Origin: Nitrospinales bacterium
GTDB taxonomy: Bacteria; Nitrospinota; Nitrospinia; Nitrospinales; VA-1
Direction: 5' to 3'
Assembly: GCA_965223795.1 (NCBI GenBank)
Contig: CBDCXL010000002.1
Location: 2,880,001 to 2,944,000, forward strand
DNA length: 64,000 nucleotides
Made by a program: the position numbers and the translations under genes. The notes under the pieces were generated by a model, which saw nothing but the letters and a program-made list of their open reading frames with translations, was not told the origin of the DNA and made no database searches. Positions within the stretch are counted from its first letter, which is position 1. Every line of letters starts with the position of its first letter. Shown here in pieces: positions 47,353 through 57,188 of the stretch.

Positions 47353-49545
47353 ATGAAAGTAGCGGTCATTTACAATAAGAAAGAAGACGCGGAAGGCGTC
47401 ATCAATGTATTCGGGATGCAGAACCAGGAAACCTACAACCCCAAGACCGTGGAGCGGGTGGCGTCCGCCCTGGAGCAGGGCGGCCACAATGTGCGCGTCA
47501 TCGACGGCAACATCAATGTGATCGAGCAGCTCACCGCTTTCATGCCGCGCGTCATCCAGGGGGAAACCCCCGGCATGGTGTTCAACATGGCCTACGGCAT
47601 TCAGGGGGTCAGCCGGTACACCCATATTCCTTCGCTGCTTGAGATGCTGGGCGTTCCCTATGTGGGCTCCAGCCCGGCCGGACACGGAATTGCGCTGGAC
47701 AAGGTGACCACCAAAGTCATGGTGGAGGCGGCGGGGCTTCCCACCGCACCCTATTGGGTGTTTTACAACGCCGACCAGATTCCGGACGATCTGCCGTTTC
47801 CGCTCATCACCAAACCGAAAATGGAAGCGGTGTCGCTGGGAATCCAGATCATCCACGATCTGCCGACGCTCAAGAAGGCCATCACCGATCTGGTGGAGCA
47901 GTTCAAGCAGCCGATCCTGGTGGAGCAGTTCATTCCGGGGCGGGAGTTCGCCATTGGTCTGCTGGGTAATAACGATCCGGAGATTCTGCCCATCCTGGAG
48001 ATCGACCTGGGCGGCGACCCGTTCGCCATTCAGAGCCTGGAAGACAAATTGAAACGGCCGAAAGAGAAAATCTGCCCGGCCAGGGTCAGCGACGAACTCA
48101 AGCAGGAACTGGGCCGGCTCACGCGGGAAACGTTCCGCGTGCTCGGCATTTACGATTTCTGCCGCGTGGATTTCAGGATGGACAAGGACGACAATCTTTA
48201 TATCCTGGAACTCAATTCGATGGCGAGCCTGGGTGTCACGGGTTCCTACGTGCATGCGGCCAAGGTGGGCGGCTACTCCTACGAGTCGATGATCAACCGC
48301 ATGCTGGATGTGGCGGTGGAACGGTATTTCGGCGGGCAGCAGATCGATCAGGTGGCGGTCGGGCAGACGGAAGACAAAACGAAAAAAGATCCCCTGAAGG
48401 TGCGGCTGCGCAGTTATCTGCGCGGCAACCAGGCGACGATCGAGGACTTTCTTTCCAGCATGGTCGATATCAATTCGTTCGTGGAGAACATCGACGGGGT
48501 CAATTCCCTCGGCCGCTGGATCGCCAACAAGCTGGCTCCGCTGCAGTTCAACCGGCAGGTGCAGACCCGCGCGGAAGTGGGGAACATCCTCTATTTTTCA
48601 AACCACATGGATGAAAACAATGATATCCTGATCATCGGAAATCTGGATAACTCGGTGGACTACGAAGATTTCTTTCCTTTTCAAGTCGAGCGCGGCCGCA
48701 TCTACGGAACCGGCGTGTCCCTCGGCAAAGGCGGCCTGGCCGTGATGCTCGCGGCGCTCCAGGCTTTGCGCCACACCCGCTCTCTGAAAAAAATCAAATG
48801 CGGCATTCTGCTGATCAGCGACGAATGCAAGGGAGGGCGTTCTTCGAAGTCCCTGGTCGTGGAATATTCCAATAAATCCAAATACGTGGTCGGGCTCAGC
48901 GGCGCGGGGCTGGCGGGGGAGGTGATGACCTCCTGCTATGGCACCATGCTTTATGAGGTGGAGATCCAGCGCCGGCAGATTCAGAACAAAGCTCGGTTCA
49001 CCCTGGAGTCGGGCGATCCCATTCTGTATGCGGCGCAAAAGATCAACGGCCTCAAGAAAATGCATTCCGAAGAGCAGGGGGTGTTTGTCTCGGTCACCGA
49101 AGTGCAGAGCAAGGGCATCAAAAACCATCCTTCCCACCATGTGACCCTGGCGTTTTTGATCCGCTACCGCAATCCCGACGATCAGAAGAAACTGGAGACC
49201 CAGGTGCTGAAGCTGTTTGAAGCCGGAAACCAGACGCCCATCCGGACGCACGTCAGCAAGCCGCAGCACCGCAAACCGTTCCAGGAAAACGACAATTCCC
49301 TGGCATTTTTTGAAAAAGTGGAAAAAACCGCGCAGTCCATCGAAGTGCGGGTGAAAAAAACGCAGGATGGCACGTCCACCATGCTGGCCCACGTTCCCAG
49401 GGGTGTTCCCGCGATCGACGGATTCGGTCCCGTCACCGGGGGGGTGGGGACGCAGAATGAGTTTGTCGTCCGCGACAGCCTGATCGACCGAAGTGTGCTT
49501 TTGTCTTACCTGATTTTCAAGACCTCCAAGGATTTTCAGTCCTGA
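47353..49545 (+). CDS. D-Ala-D-Ala-ligase-like ATP-grasp fused to a degenerate M20 peptidase domain
   Basis: N-terminal half: PYVGS, LDKVTTK, KPKMEAVS.GI, VEQFIPGREF, RVDFR, ELNSMA. C-terminal half: GRIYGTGV..GKGG, SDE, IDGFGP. Confidence 0.85.
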   Translation: MKVAVIYNKKEDAEGVINVFGMQNQETYNPKTVERVASALEQGGHNVRVIDGNINVIEQLTAFMPRVIQGETPGMVFNMAYGIQGVSRYTHIPSLLEMLGVPYVGSSPAGHGIALDKVTTKVMVEAAGLPTAPYWVFYNADQIPDDLPFPLITKPKMEAVSLGIQIIHDLPTLKKAITDLVEQFKQPILVEQFIPGREFAIGLLGNNDPEILPILEIDLGGDPFAIQSLEDKLKRPKEKICPARVSDELKQELGRLTRETFRVLGIYDFCRVDFRMDKDDNLYILELNSMASLGVTGSYVHAAKVGGYSYESMINRMLDVAVERYFGGQQIDQVAVGQTEDKTKKDPLKVRLRSYLRGNQATIEDFLSSMVDINSFVENIDGVNSLGRWIANKLAPLQFNRQVQTRAEVGNILYFSNHMDENNDILIIGNLDNSVDYEDFFPFQVERGRIYGTGVSLGKGGLAVMLAALQALRHTRSLKKIKCGILLISDECKGGRSSKSLVVEYSNKSKYVVGLSGAGLAGEVMTSCYGTMLYEVEIQRRQIQNKARFTLESGDPILYAAQKINGLKKMHSEEQGVFVSVTEVQSKGIKNHPSHHVTLAFLIRYRNPDDQKKLETQVLKLFEAGNQTPIRTHVSKPQHRKPFQENDNSLAFFEKVEKTAQSIEVRVKKTQDGTSTMLAHVPRGVPAIDGFGPVTGGVGTQNEFVVRDSLIDRSVLLSYLIFKTSKDFQS

Positions 49546-49645
49546 TCCCGAAAGGGAACCGGGCTGCTTCATCTTTCCATTTCGAGTCTCTTCTGTATCT
49601 TCCCGGCACTTGAATGGGAGTCCCTGTTGAACTCGGTGCATTCTC

Positions 49646-50464
49646 ATGAATGATCTCGCAAACGGCCTGAAAGCACTTCCCCAGATTCTGTCCGAGTGGG
49701 TGGATCGCGTCGTCGAATTTTCACCCAATCTCATCGGCGCTGCACTGCTGCTGATATTTGGCTGGCTGGTGGCGATCGGCTTCAAGCGGCTGAGCGTCCG
49801 GATGGCCACCATCGTCAACAAGTTTCTGATCCGCGCTTTCCCGAAAGCCGGGTTCCGCTTTCCGCAGGTGTTCATCAAGCTGCTGAGTCAGGTGGTTTTC
49901 TGGATCACGCTGCTGTTTTTCGTGACCGCGGCCTCGCAGATTTTCGGCCTCACGGCGTTTTCCACCTGGCTGGACCACCTGGTCGATTTTTTCCCGTCGC
50001 TGGTCGCGGGGGCGTTGATCATCGTCGTCGGCATCCTGCTCAGCACGCTAGCGCGCGATCTTACCATTTCTGCCAGCACCGCCGCCGATCTGGGCTATTC
50101 CCGCATCCTCGGCGGGTTGATCCAGGGGACCATCCTGATCATCGCTGCGATCATGGGACTCGATCAGATCGGCGTCGAGGTGGAGTTTCTGGTGACGCTG
50201 CTCGCCATCCTGGTGGCGGCGGCCGTGGGCAGCCTGGCCCTGGGACTGGGCCTGGGGACGCAGGATCTGGTCAACAACCTGATCGGCGGGCATTACCTCA
50301 AGCAGTACTACCAGCCGGGGCAGCGGGTGCGGCTGGGGGATATCGAAGGCACCATCCTGGAGCTGACTCCGGTGGCGGTCGTGTTGTCCACGGACACCGG
50401 CCGGGTGCTGGTGCCGGCCAAAGTGTTTCAATCGCAATCTTCGATCCTCATCGTCGAGAACTGA
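49646..50464 (+). CDS. MscS-family (CmpX/TM-helix repeat) channel
   Basis: PNLIGA, PSLVAG repeats; LALGLGLGTQDLVNNLIGG; GQRVRLG. Confidence 0.85.
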   Translation: MNDLANGLKALPQILSEWVDRVVEFSPNLIGAALLLIFGWLVAIGFKRLSVRMATIVNKFLIRAFPKAGFRFPQVFIKLLSQVVFWITLLFFVTAASQIFGLTAFSTWLDHLVDFFPSLVAGALIIVVGILLSTLARDLTISASTAADLGYSRILGGLIQGTILIIAAIMGLDQIGVEVEFLVTLLAILVAAAVGSLALGLGLGTQDLVNNLIGGHYLKQYYQPGQRVRLGDIEGTILELTPVAVVLSTDTGRVLVPAKVFQSQSSILIVEN

Positions 50465-50468
50465 CCGG

Positions 50469-51305
50469 ATGGAAATATCGCTGGAGTTCACGCTCGGATA
50501 CGTCACAGCGCATACGGGAGAAGCCGCGAAGGTGCTGCAGGGGTTGCCGGTAGAGCAAACCTCGGCGCTGCTGGAGGAAATTCCTGCAGACACCGGCGCC
50601 CGGCTGCTGGAAAAGATGTCTCCCGCGTACGCGGCCCAGTGCCTCATGGTCGCGAGAACGGAAACCATGATGGAGCTGCTGCAAAAGATCCGCATCGTGT
50701 CCGGGGTGGCGCTGTTGCGTCTGTTTCCTTACGCTCTGGTGCCGCCGCTGATCAAAAGCCTGCCCGCCGAACGCAAGTCGGCTTTCAAAAAAAGACTCAG
50801 CTATCCGCAGGATTCGGCAGGCGCCTGGATGGATTCGGACTGCCCGACGCTGCAGGAAGGCGGGACCGTCGGCGCGGCGCGCAGTTCGCTCAGAAACTCG
50901 GGCAAGCCGATCGATCATTCTCTGTGCGTGCTGAAGGCGGACGGGACCGTCGCCGGGCTGCTGCGGTTGTCGAAGCTGGTGGTGGCGAGGAACAAGACCG
51001 ACCTGGCAAGAATCCTCACGGTCGACCTGAAACCGGTTATGGATCAGGCTTCGCTGCAGACCATCGCGTCGTATCTGAACTGGGAGAATTTCGACGCGCT
51101 CGCGGTCACCAACCGCAAAGGCAGCTATCTGGGGATCCTGTCCCGCACCAACCTGGAAAAGGGGCTCGAATTCATTCAGGAGAACTACACGCCGGTCAAC
51201 ACCGATTCCATCGTCCTGGACGTGGTCAAAACCTATGCGACCACGCTTTCCGGACTGGTTCAAACCATCGCGGGCAAATCCCGCCAGGGCACGCCGAATG
51301 ATTAA
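50469..51305 (+). CDS. Soluble MgtE-N + CBS domain protein (no TM region)
   Basis: Helical MgtE-N repeats; LSYPQDSAGAWM; CBS pair. Confidence 0.8.
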   Translation: MEISLEFTLGYVTAHTGEAAKVLQGLPVEQTSALLEEIPADTGARLLEKMSPAYAAQCLMVARTETMMELLQKIRIVSGVALLRLFPYALVPPLIKSLPAERKSAFKKRLSYPQDSAGAWMDSDCPTLQEGGTVGAARSSLRNSGKPIDHSLCVLKADGTVAGLLRLSKLVVARNKTDLARILTVDLKPVMDQASLQTIASYLNWENFDALAVTNRKGSYLGILSRTNLEKGLEFIQENYTPVNTDSIVLDVVKTYATTLSGLVQTIAGKSRQGTPND

Positions 51306-52608
51306 CAGCAAAGCCGCCGCTGCGTGCGAAGCGCTCAACCGCCGGTTCATCCTCGATCACCCCCTGGATTCGGTCAAAAAAATCGAGAGCATGGAGCCCG
51401 AAACCGCCGCACGGTTTCTGGAGGGCCTGGAGCCCCTGCTCATTTCGCGCATCCTGGACCGGCTCACACCGGACAACGCCACGCGCATCTTCAGTCATCT
51501 GCCCGAGACCATTGCGGGAATGCTCCTGCAAGATGGCAGCTCCAATGTGATGGTGCAGATTCTGGGGCACCTGCCCGAGGAGGACAGGAGCCGGCATCTT
51601 TCCAACCTGCCGGATACGGTGCAACGGGAATACAAGCGGCTCATGGCGTATCCGCCCGATTCGGCGGGCCGGCTGATGGACACGAATTTTCTCGTGTTCC
51701 GCGAATCGATGACGGTCAAACAGGCGATGAAGCGTCTCAGATTGCCGGGAAAACGGACCTCGCGGACCTTATACCTGGTGGATGCCGGCAACGTGCTGAA
51801 AACCCGGATGGAGATTCAGGACCTGGTGCTTGCGGATTACAACAAAGAGCTGCGCGAGTACGCCCGTCCCGTGCGGGTGGTCCTGCATCCCGAAGACCCC
51901 CGGGAAGAGGTGGTGCAAAAGCTGGAGGAATTCAAACTGACCAGCCTGCCGGTGGTGGACATTTCGGGGTACCTGGTCGGGGTTGTGCGCCACGATGCGC
52001 TGATCAAGGCGGCCGAGGAAGAAGCGACGGTCGACATCCAGACCATGTTCGGCGTCGGCGAAAACGAGCGCGCGCTCTCCGGGCCCGGCGTGGCCATCCG
52101 CAACCGGCTGCCGTGGCTGGAAATCAACCTGTTGACGGCGTTTCTCGCCTCGGCGGTGGTCGGCCTGTTCGAGGGATTGATCGCCAAGTTCACCGCGCTG
52201 GCGGTGCTTTTGCCGGTGGTGGCGGGGCAGTCGGGCAACGCCGGCGCGCAGGCGCTGGCGGTCACCATGCGCGGGCTGGCGCTCCGGGAGATCAGCGTGC
52301 GCCACTGGGGCAAGGTGGTGGTCAAGGAGATGTGGGTCGGCTTCGTCAACGGCATCGCCATCGCGGTGACGACAGCGGCCGGAGTGTACGTCTGGAGCCG
52401 CTCCATCGGGCTGGGGCTGGTGATCGGCCTGTCCATGATCCTGTCGATGGTCGCCGCGGGCATCGCCGGAGCCTCGGTGCCCATCGTGCTCACCCGCCTG
52501 GGCAAAGACCCGGCAACGGCTTCCTCGATCATCCTGACCACCGTCACCGACGTGGCGGGGTTCTTCTCCTTTCTGGGGATCGCGATGATGCTTTCCAGCC
52601 TGCTTTGA
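51298..52608 (+). CDS. mgtE: Magnesium transporter MgtE
   Basis: YPPDSAGRLM, CBS pair, RLPWL, GNAGAQ, DPATAS, TTVTDVAG. Confidence 0.93.
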   Translation: MINSKAAAACEALNRRFILDHPLDSVKKIESMEPETAARFLEGLEPLLISRILDRLTPDNATRIFSHLPETIAGMLLQDGSSNVMVQILGHLPEEDRSRHLSNLPDTVQREYKRLMAYPPDSAGRLMDTNFLVFRESMTVKQAMKRLRLPGKRTSRTLYLVDAGNVLKTRMEIQDLVLADYNKELREYARPVRVVLHPEDPREEVVQKLEEFKLTSLPVVDISGYLVGVVRHDALIKAAEEEATVDIQTMFGVGENERALSGPGVAIRNRLPWLEINLLTAFLASAVVGLFEGLIAKFTALAVLLPVVAGQSGNAGAQALAVTMRGLALREISVRHWGKVVVKEMWVGFVNGIAIAVTTAAGVYVWSRSIGLGLVIGLSMILSMVAAGIAGASVPIVLTRLGKDPATASSIILTTVTDVAGFFSFLGIAMMLSSLL

Positions 52609-52802
52609 ACCTGGGAGCCAATTTCGCGTTGCTTGTCATTCCCCTTTATCCTCTTTAAGATCAATTTGGTACGTGCCTGGGTTGGGGCAGGGGCCTGGGA
52701 AGCCGTTTGAAGATCAAATGCGGGTATTCTGGTATATAATTTCCCCATTCTGATGCGGGAGGGTGAACCCGCTACACAGCAAACGATTTTTATGAAAACG
52801 TC

Positions 52803-54570
52803 ATGAAGCCGGTTTTATCTTTCACATTCAAGGTGATTGGGGTGGTTTGGTTGCTGTTGTTTTTTACGGCGACTGGCATGGCGCAGCAAAATGCGGACAC
52901 GCAGTCCAAAATCGAACTCACTTCCGAGGCAAAACAGCAGCGGCAGCTCGTTCAGATTCTGGAAAAAAAGCTCATTCTGGAAAAAGAGCTGGCGAAGGTT
53001 TCCAAAGACAAGCCCAGTCCGGAGGAAACCAAACGGGCCGAGGAAATCCATGCCGAACTGGATGTCTTGAACAGCAAATTCGATTCGCTGGCCACCCATG
53101 TGCAAAAAAGCGATTTCGTCGTTGAGGAGAAGCGGGACACCACCTGGATGGAGGAACTGCGCGAAATCACCCGTCCCGTTGCTTGCGGCTCTGCGGGATA
53201 TCACCGAGCGGCCGCGCAAGATCGAAAACCTGAAATCCCGCATTCAGTACTTGAAACAGCAGATCGCCACCTACGAAAAAGCCCGCAAAAACCTGGAAAC
53301 GATGCTGAAGCTGGAGTTTGAGCGGCCAAACGGAGGGGATCCGCAGGAAAAGCCTGAGATCACCACGGCGGAATTGAAAAAATCGTTTCAGGCCCGGCTG
53401 AAAAAACTGAATCAGAAGTACAACCCCGAGTTTCTCGTACTGGATCTGGAAGAAGCGCGAAAAAGCCTCCAGATGCTGCAATCCTCGGAGAACTTCAGCA
53501 CGACATTCATCAAGGAATTTTTCCAGGTGCGGGGACGCAACCTGCTCATCGCACTGGCGGCATTTCTGATTCTCTGGCTCATCCTGACGTCGCTGTACCG
53601 GTTCTTTGCGGTGCGGATGCGGATGCTTTCCCGGCTCGATCCGCATTACCAGAAGGTCATCAAGGCGGCATACAGCCTGTTCATCTTCATTTTCTGCAGC
53701 ACCGCCAGCATCGTGGCGCTCTATCTTCTGGACGACTGGCTGATTCTGAGTATCGTGATCCTGGTTTTAGCGGGCATCGCGCTCGGTTTCCGCGAGTTCA
53801 TCCCCAAGTTCATCCGCGAGCTCAGGCTGATTCTCAACCTCGGCACGGTGCGTGAGGGAGAGCGCCTGATCTGGCAGGGCATCCCCTGGAAAGTGCAGGA
53901 GATCGGCGTGTACGCCATTCTGCGCAACCCCCGGCTGCAGGGCGGGTTGATCAAGCTGCACGTGGGAGAGCTGGTGGGGCTTCATTCCCGGCCGCTGGTT
54001 CTGGAGGAGCCCTGGTTTCCCACGAAGGTGGACGACTGGGTGATGCTTTCGGATAAGACCTACGGCCGTGTCGTCAAGCAGACCTCGGAACAGGTCGTGA
54101 TCGAGAACTACGCGTCGCAGAAATTTTACAAGACGACGAAGTTTCTCGAAATGGATCCGCGGAACATGTCGACAGGCTACCGCATTGTCATTACGTTCGG
54201 TCTGGATTACGGCATTCAGGACCGCATCACCCGTGAAATTCCGCGCATGTTCCGCAGCCGCCTGGAGGAATTGTTTCAGTCGCGGCTGGAAGGGGACGAT
54301 CCGGACATTCAGGCCATCCGGGTGTTTTTCGACAGCGCCGGGGCCAGTTCGTTGAACCTCATCGTGCTTTTCAAGATGCACGGCCGTTGCGGCGGTGATT
54401 ACTATCCCCTGAAATGGGACATCAACAAAAGGCTGGTGCAGATCTGCAACGAGAACAATCTGGTGATCCCGTTCACGCAGCTCACCGTCAGCCCTTCCGC
54501 GGATTTGAAATCCTGGGTGAACCCCAGTCTGGACGGAGACGCGAAAGCGTCCAGCCCGCAAACGGATTGA
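52803..54570 (+). pseudogene. MscS-domain membrane protein interrupted by a +1 frameshift at about 53175-53177 (pseudogene or sequencing error)
   Basis: Frame 1 reads signal peptide...ELREITRP; frame 2 reads PLLAALRDITERPR...LNLGTVREGER...FGLDY...IPFTQL. Deleting one C joins them into about 588 aa. Confidence 0.75.
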
Positions 54571-54621
54571 CTCTCGTATTCCACACGGATCTCAACTTCC
54601 TGACCACTCGCAGGTAGACCT

Positions 54622-55791
54622 TTGCACGCACTCACCGCCACCATAGAATTCCAGATGAGCCTGCTGCTGTTCGTCGCCCTGGCCGGCTATCTGGTCGCCT
54701 CCCGCGTCGGGCAGCCTGCCGTGGTCGGGGAAATCCTGGTCGGCATGCTGATCGGCCCGAGCCTGCTGGGCTGGGTCACCTACACCGAATTCGTCAACAG
54801 CGTCGCCCATCTCGGCGCCATCATCCTGTTGTTCGTCATCGGCCTGGAGTTCAAGATCCGCGATATCGCCAAACCGGGGTATGCGGTGATCGCCATCATG
54901 GGGATCGTGGTTCCCTGGATCGGCGGGTATTTTCTGGCCACGGGATTCGGGTTCGACACACACCGCGCGATCCTGATCGGCGTGGCGCTCACGGCCACCA
55001 GCATCGCCGTGACCGCGGACACGCTGAAAGAAATGGGCAAGCTGCAGTCCGAAGCCGGCAAAGCCATCATCGGGGCGGCGGTGATCGACGACGTGCTGGC
55101 GCTCCTGGCGCTGTCCATCACGGGGCAGATGTCGGAGGGGAGCCTCACCGCGGCGGCGGTGGCGTTTTCCGTGTTCAAGGCGGTGGGTTTCCTGGTCGCC
55201 GGTGTCGCGGTGGGTCTTTGGGCGGCCAGCCGCTGGATCGCGAAGCTGGACGAGTCCGCGCTGGCGCGGAAATATCCGGAGTTCGTTTTCGTGTTCGCCA
55301 TGATGACCGCTTTTTTCTATGCGCTGATGGCGGAACTGTGCGGTCTGTCCTCGATCGTCGGCGCTTTCATCGCCGGCGTGACGATGGAAGGCGTCAATCT
55401 GAAAAACAGCAAAAACCTGAAAGAAGGCGCCGAATATCTGAGGATCATCTTCGCGTCGATCTTTTTCGTTTCGCTCGGCATCATCGCGGATCTGAAAGCG
55501 CTGCAAACGCATGTCATCGGCTTTCTGCTGGCGCTGACGGTCGTGGCCGTGCTGACGAAAGTCCTGGCCTGCGGCATTCCGGCCCGGCTTCAGGGTCTTT
55601 CCTGGCGCGATTCCTGGGTGGTGGGTTTCGGCATGGCTCCGAGGGGGGAGGTCGTGATGGTCATTGCATTATTGGGCCTCAATCAGGGCATGATCGAGCA
55701 GCCCCTGTTCGTGGCGCTGGTCCTGATGAGCCTGCTGACCGCGATCATCACCCCGCTGGTGCTCAGGTTGTGGCTTTACCGCAAGAGTTGA
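54622..55791 (+). CDS. Cation:proton antiporter (CPA2/KefB-NapA type)
   Basis: QPAVVGEIL.G...GPS, ATSIAVT, AAVIDD, GMAPRGEV. Confidence 0.92.
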   Translation: MHALTATIEFQMSLLLFVALAGYLVASRVGQPAVVGEILVGMLIGPSLLGWVTYTEFVNSVAHLGAIILLFVIGLEFKIRDIAKPGYAVIAIMGIVVPWIGGYFLATGFGFDTHRAILIGVALTATSIAVTADTLKEMGKLQSEAGKAIIGAAVIDDVLALLALSITGQMSEGSLTAAAVAFSVFKAVGFLVAGVAVGLWAASRWIAKLDESALARKYPEFVFVFAMMTAFFYALMAELCGLSSIVGAFIAGVTMEGVNLKNSKNLKEGAEYLRIIFASIFFVSLGIIADLKALQTHVIGFLLALTVVAVLTKVLACGIPARLQGLSWRDSWVVGFGMAPRGEVVMVIALLGLNQGMIEQPLFVALVLMSLLTAIITPLVLRLWLYRKS

Positions 55792-56298
55792 ATTTCTGGA
55801 TTCCACAATTGAGCGGCTTGCGAAATTTTTCTTATTAAAAAAGAAGAATCTGGACCGGTGTTCTTAAAATCACACAATGATCGAAAATATTGTTTGCAAG
55901 TTTTCAAGGTTTGGGAGTAGATTGATTTCAGCTGCTTGCTTATCGAAAGGAAGTCCCAAGATGGGCGCGATGATCCTGATCCAGACTGCTTTCTCTCTGC
56001 GCATTCAGAAGAAGCCTTCTTCACGAAATTACCGTCCCCGGTTTTCACTGCAGTCGGTGTCCATCACCGACAAGATGGAACAGTCCTTTTTCTCCAAAGG
56101 TTACATGTAATCCCGCCTTGCCGTTTTGATTTTCCTTCCCGGCCGGTATCCGGCCCAACCGTATCCGTGTGTCCTGGGGAGGGTTCCCCCTGACTTGAAA
56201 CCTGAATTCGTATTCTCGTCATCCGAAAGGAAGGTGATGTGAATATCTTTGGGTTCGTACGTCCAACAACAACTGTTTGCTAATTCAGGAGGTTCATC

Positions 56299-56616
56299 AT
56301 GAAAAAATCATGGCTGGCTGTCATGGTTGTGTTGAGTTCGTTCCTCGCCTGTTCGCCGGTTTCATTTGCTCAAACGGAACAACCGCAATCAGAACATTTT
56401 GAGCCGTTCACGAAGGAGGATTTCAATGTCACTTCGGAAAATGAAGGAGGTGATTCTATTCACAGGGATGAGATTCCTTTCCTGGAAGAAAGTCAGGAGG
56501 AAATCTTATCCGAAGAAGAAGCTGCCTTTGAAGAGTTTCATAAAGACGCCATGACTCAGGATGAGGTCCCGGAGTCTGTGGAATCCGAAGAAGAGGAACC
56601 TGAAAAAAGAATGTAA
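56299..56616 (+). CDS. Small secreted Glu-rich protein
   Basis: AGGAGG RBS; signal peptide; mature part about 35% Asp+Glu. Confidence 0.7.
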   Translation: MKKSWLAVMVVLSSFLACSPVSFAQTEQPQSEHFEPFTKEDFNVTSENEGGDSIHRDEIPFLEESQEEILSEEEAAFEEFHKDAMTQDEVPESVESEEEEPEKRM

Positions 56617-56641
56617 CACCTTGTGAATGATTCCAACCCAA

Positions 56642-56666
56642 GAAGGAATTCGCACGGAATTCCTTC
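56642..56666. other. Perfect 10-bp intergenic hairpin
   Basis: GAAGGAATTC-GCACG-GAATTCCTTC. Confidence 0.6.
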
Positions 56667-56688
56667 GCCACTCATGAAAGGTCGATCC

Positions 56689-57018
56689 ATGAAAAAAAAT
56701 AGCTTGTTCTTCGTGGCCCTGTTGGCGGTTCTTGCGTTGATGTTGGCTCAGGCGTCTTTCGCGGAACAAAAGCACAAAAAAGAGTTGCCCGCGAAAATGC
56801 AGAAAGCGGAAGCGAACAACGGCTCTGGAAAAGCCACGAAAATCTGCAGAAGGGAAATCATTCAGGCGAAAAAGGAATGCCTGAAAATGAAAGGTGTGGA
56901 AAGGATGGAGTGCCGGATGCAGGTTCAGGAATTGGCGAAGGGCTGCCCGGATAAAATGGCGATGAAGAAAAAGAAAGGCAATGATAAAAAAATGTCCGAT
57001 AAAAGCAACAGCCGGTAA
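56689..57018 (+). CDS. Small secreted Lys-rich protein with C-X10-C-X10-C-X10-C
   Basis: Signal peptide ending ASFA; four evenly spaced Cys. Confidence 0.7.
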   Translation: MKKNSLFFVALLAVLALMLAQASFAEQKHKKELPAKMQKAEANNGSGKATKICRREIIQAKKECLKMKGVERMECRMQVQELAKGCPDKMAMKKKKGNDKKMSDKSNSR

Positions 57019-57031
57019 CGCTTGATTGCAA

Positions 57032-57072
57032 AGGATGCCTCCGGCGCCTGTTTTCAGCGCCGGAGGCATCCT
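57032..57072. terminator. 16-bp perfect stem-loop (terminator or mRNA-stabilising)
   Basis: AGGATGCCTCCGGCGC...GCGCCGGAGGCATCCT; no U-tract. Confidence 0.55.
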
Positions 57073-57188
57073 CAGGTTCATTGCCGTCCCCGTCCACACG
57101 CTTGTCGATCCAGCCCAATATAGTCCCGGCCCGTTTGTTCGTTTGTGGTATGATCTTCATCGGCATAACTCAAAACTCCTTTATATTT

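Noticed and set aside
55800..56290. Short ORFs in the AT-richer gap after the CPA2 gene
   Set aside because: The frames overlap and conflict, with no convincing RBS or motif.
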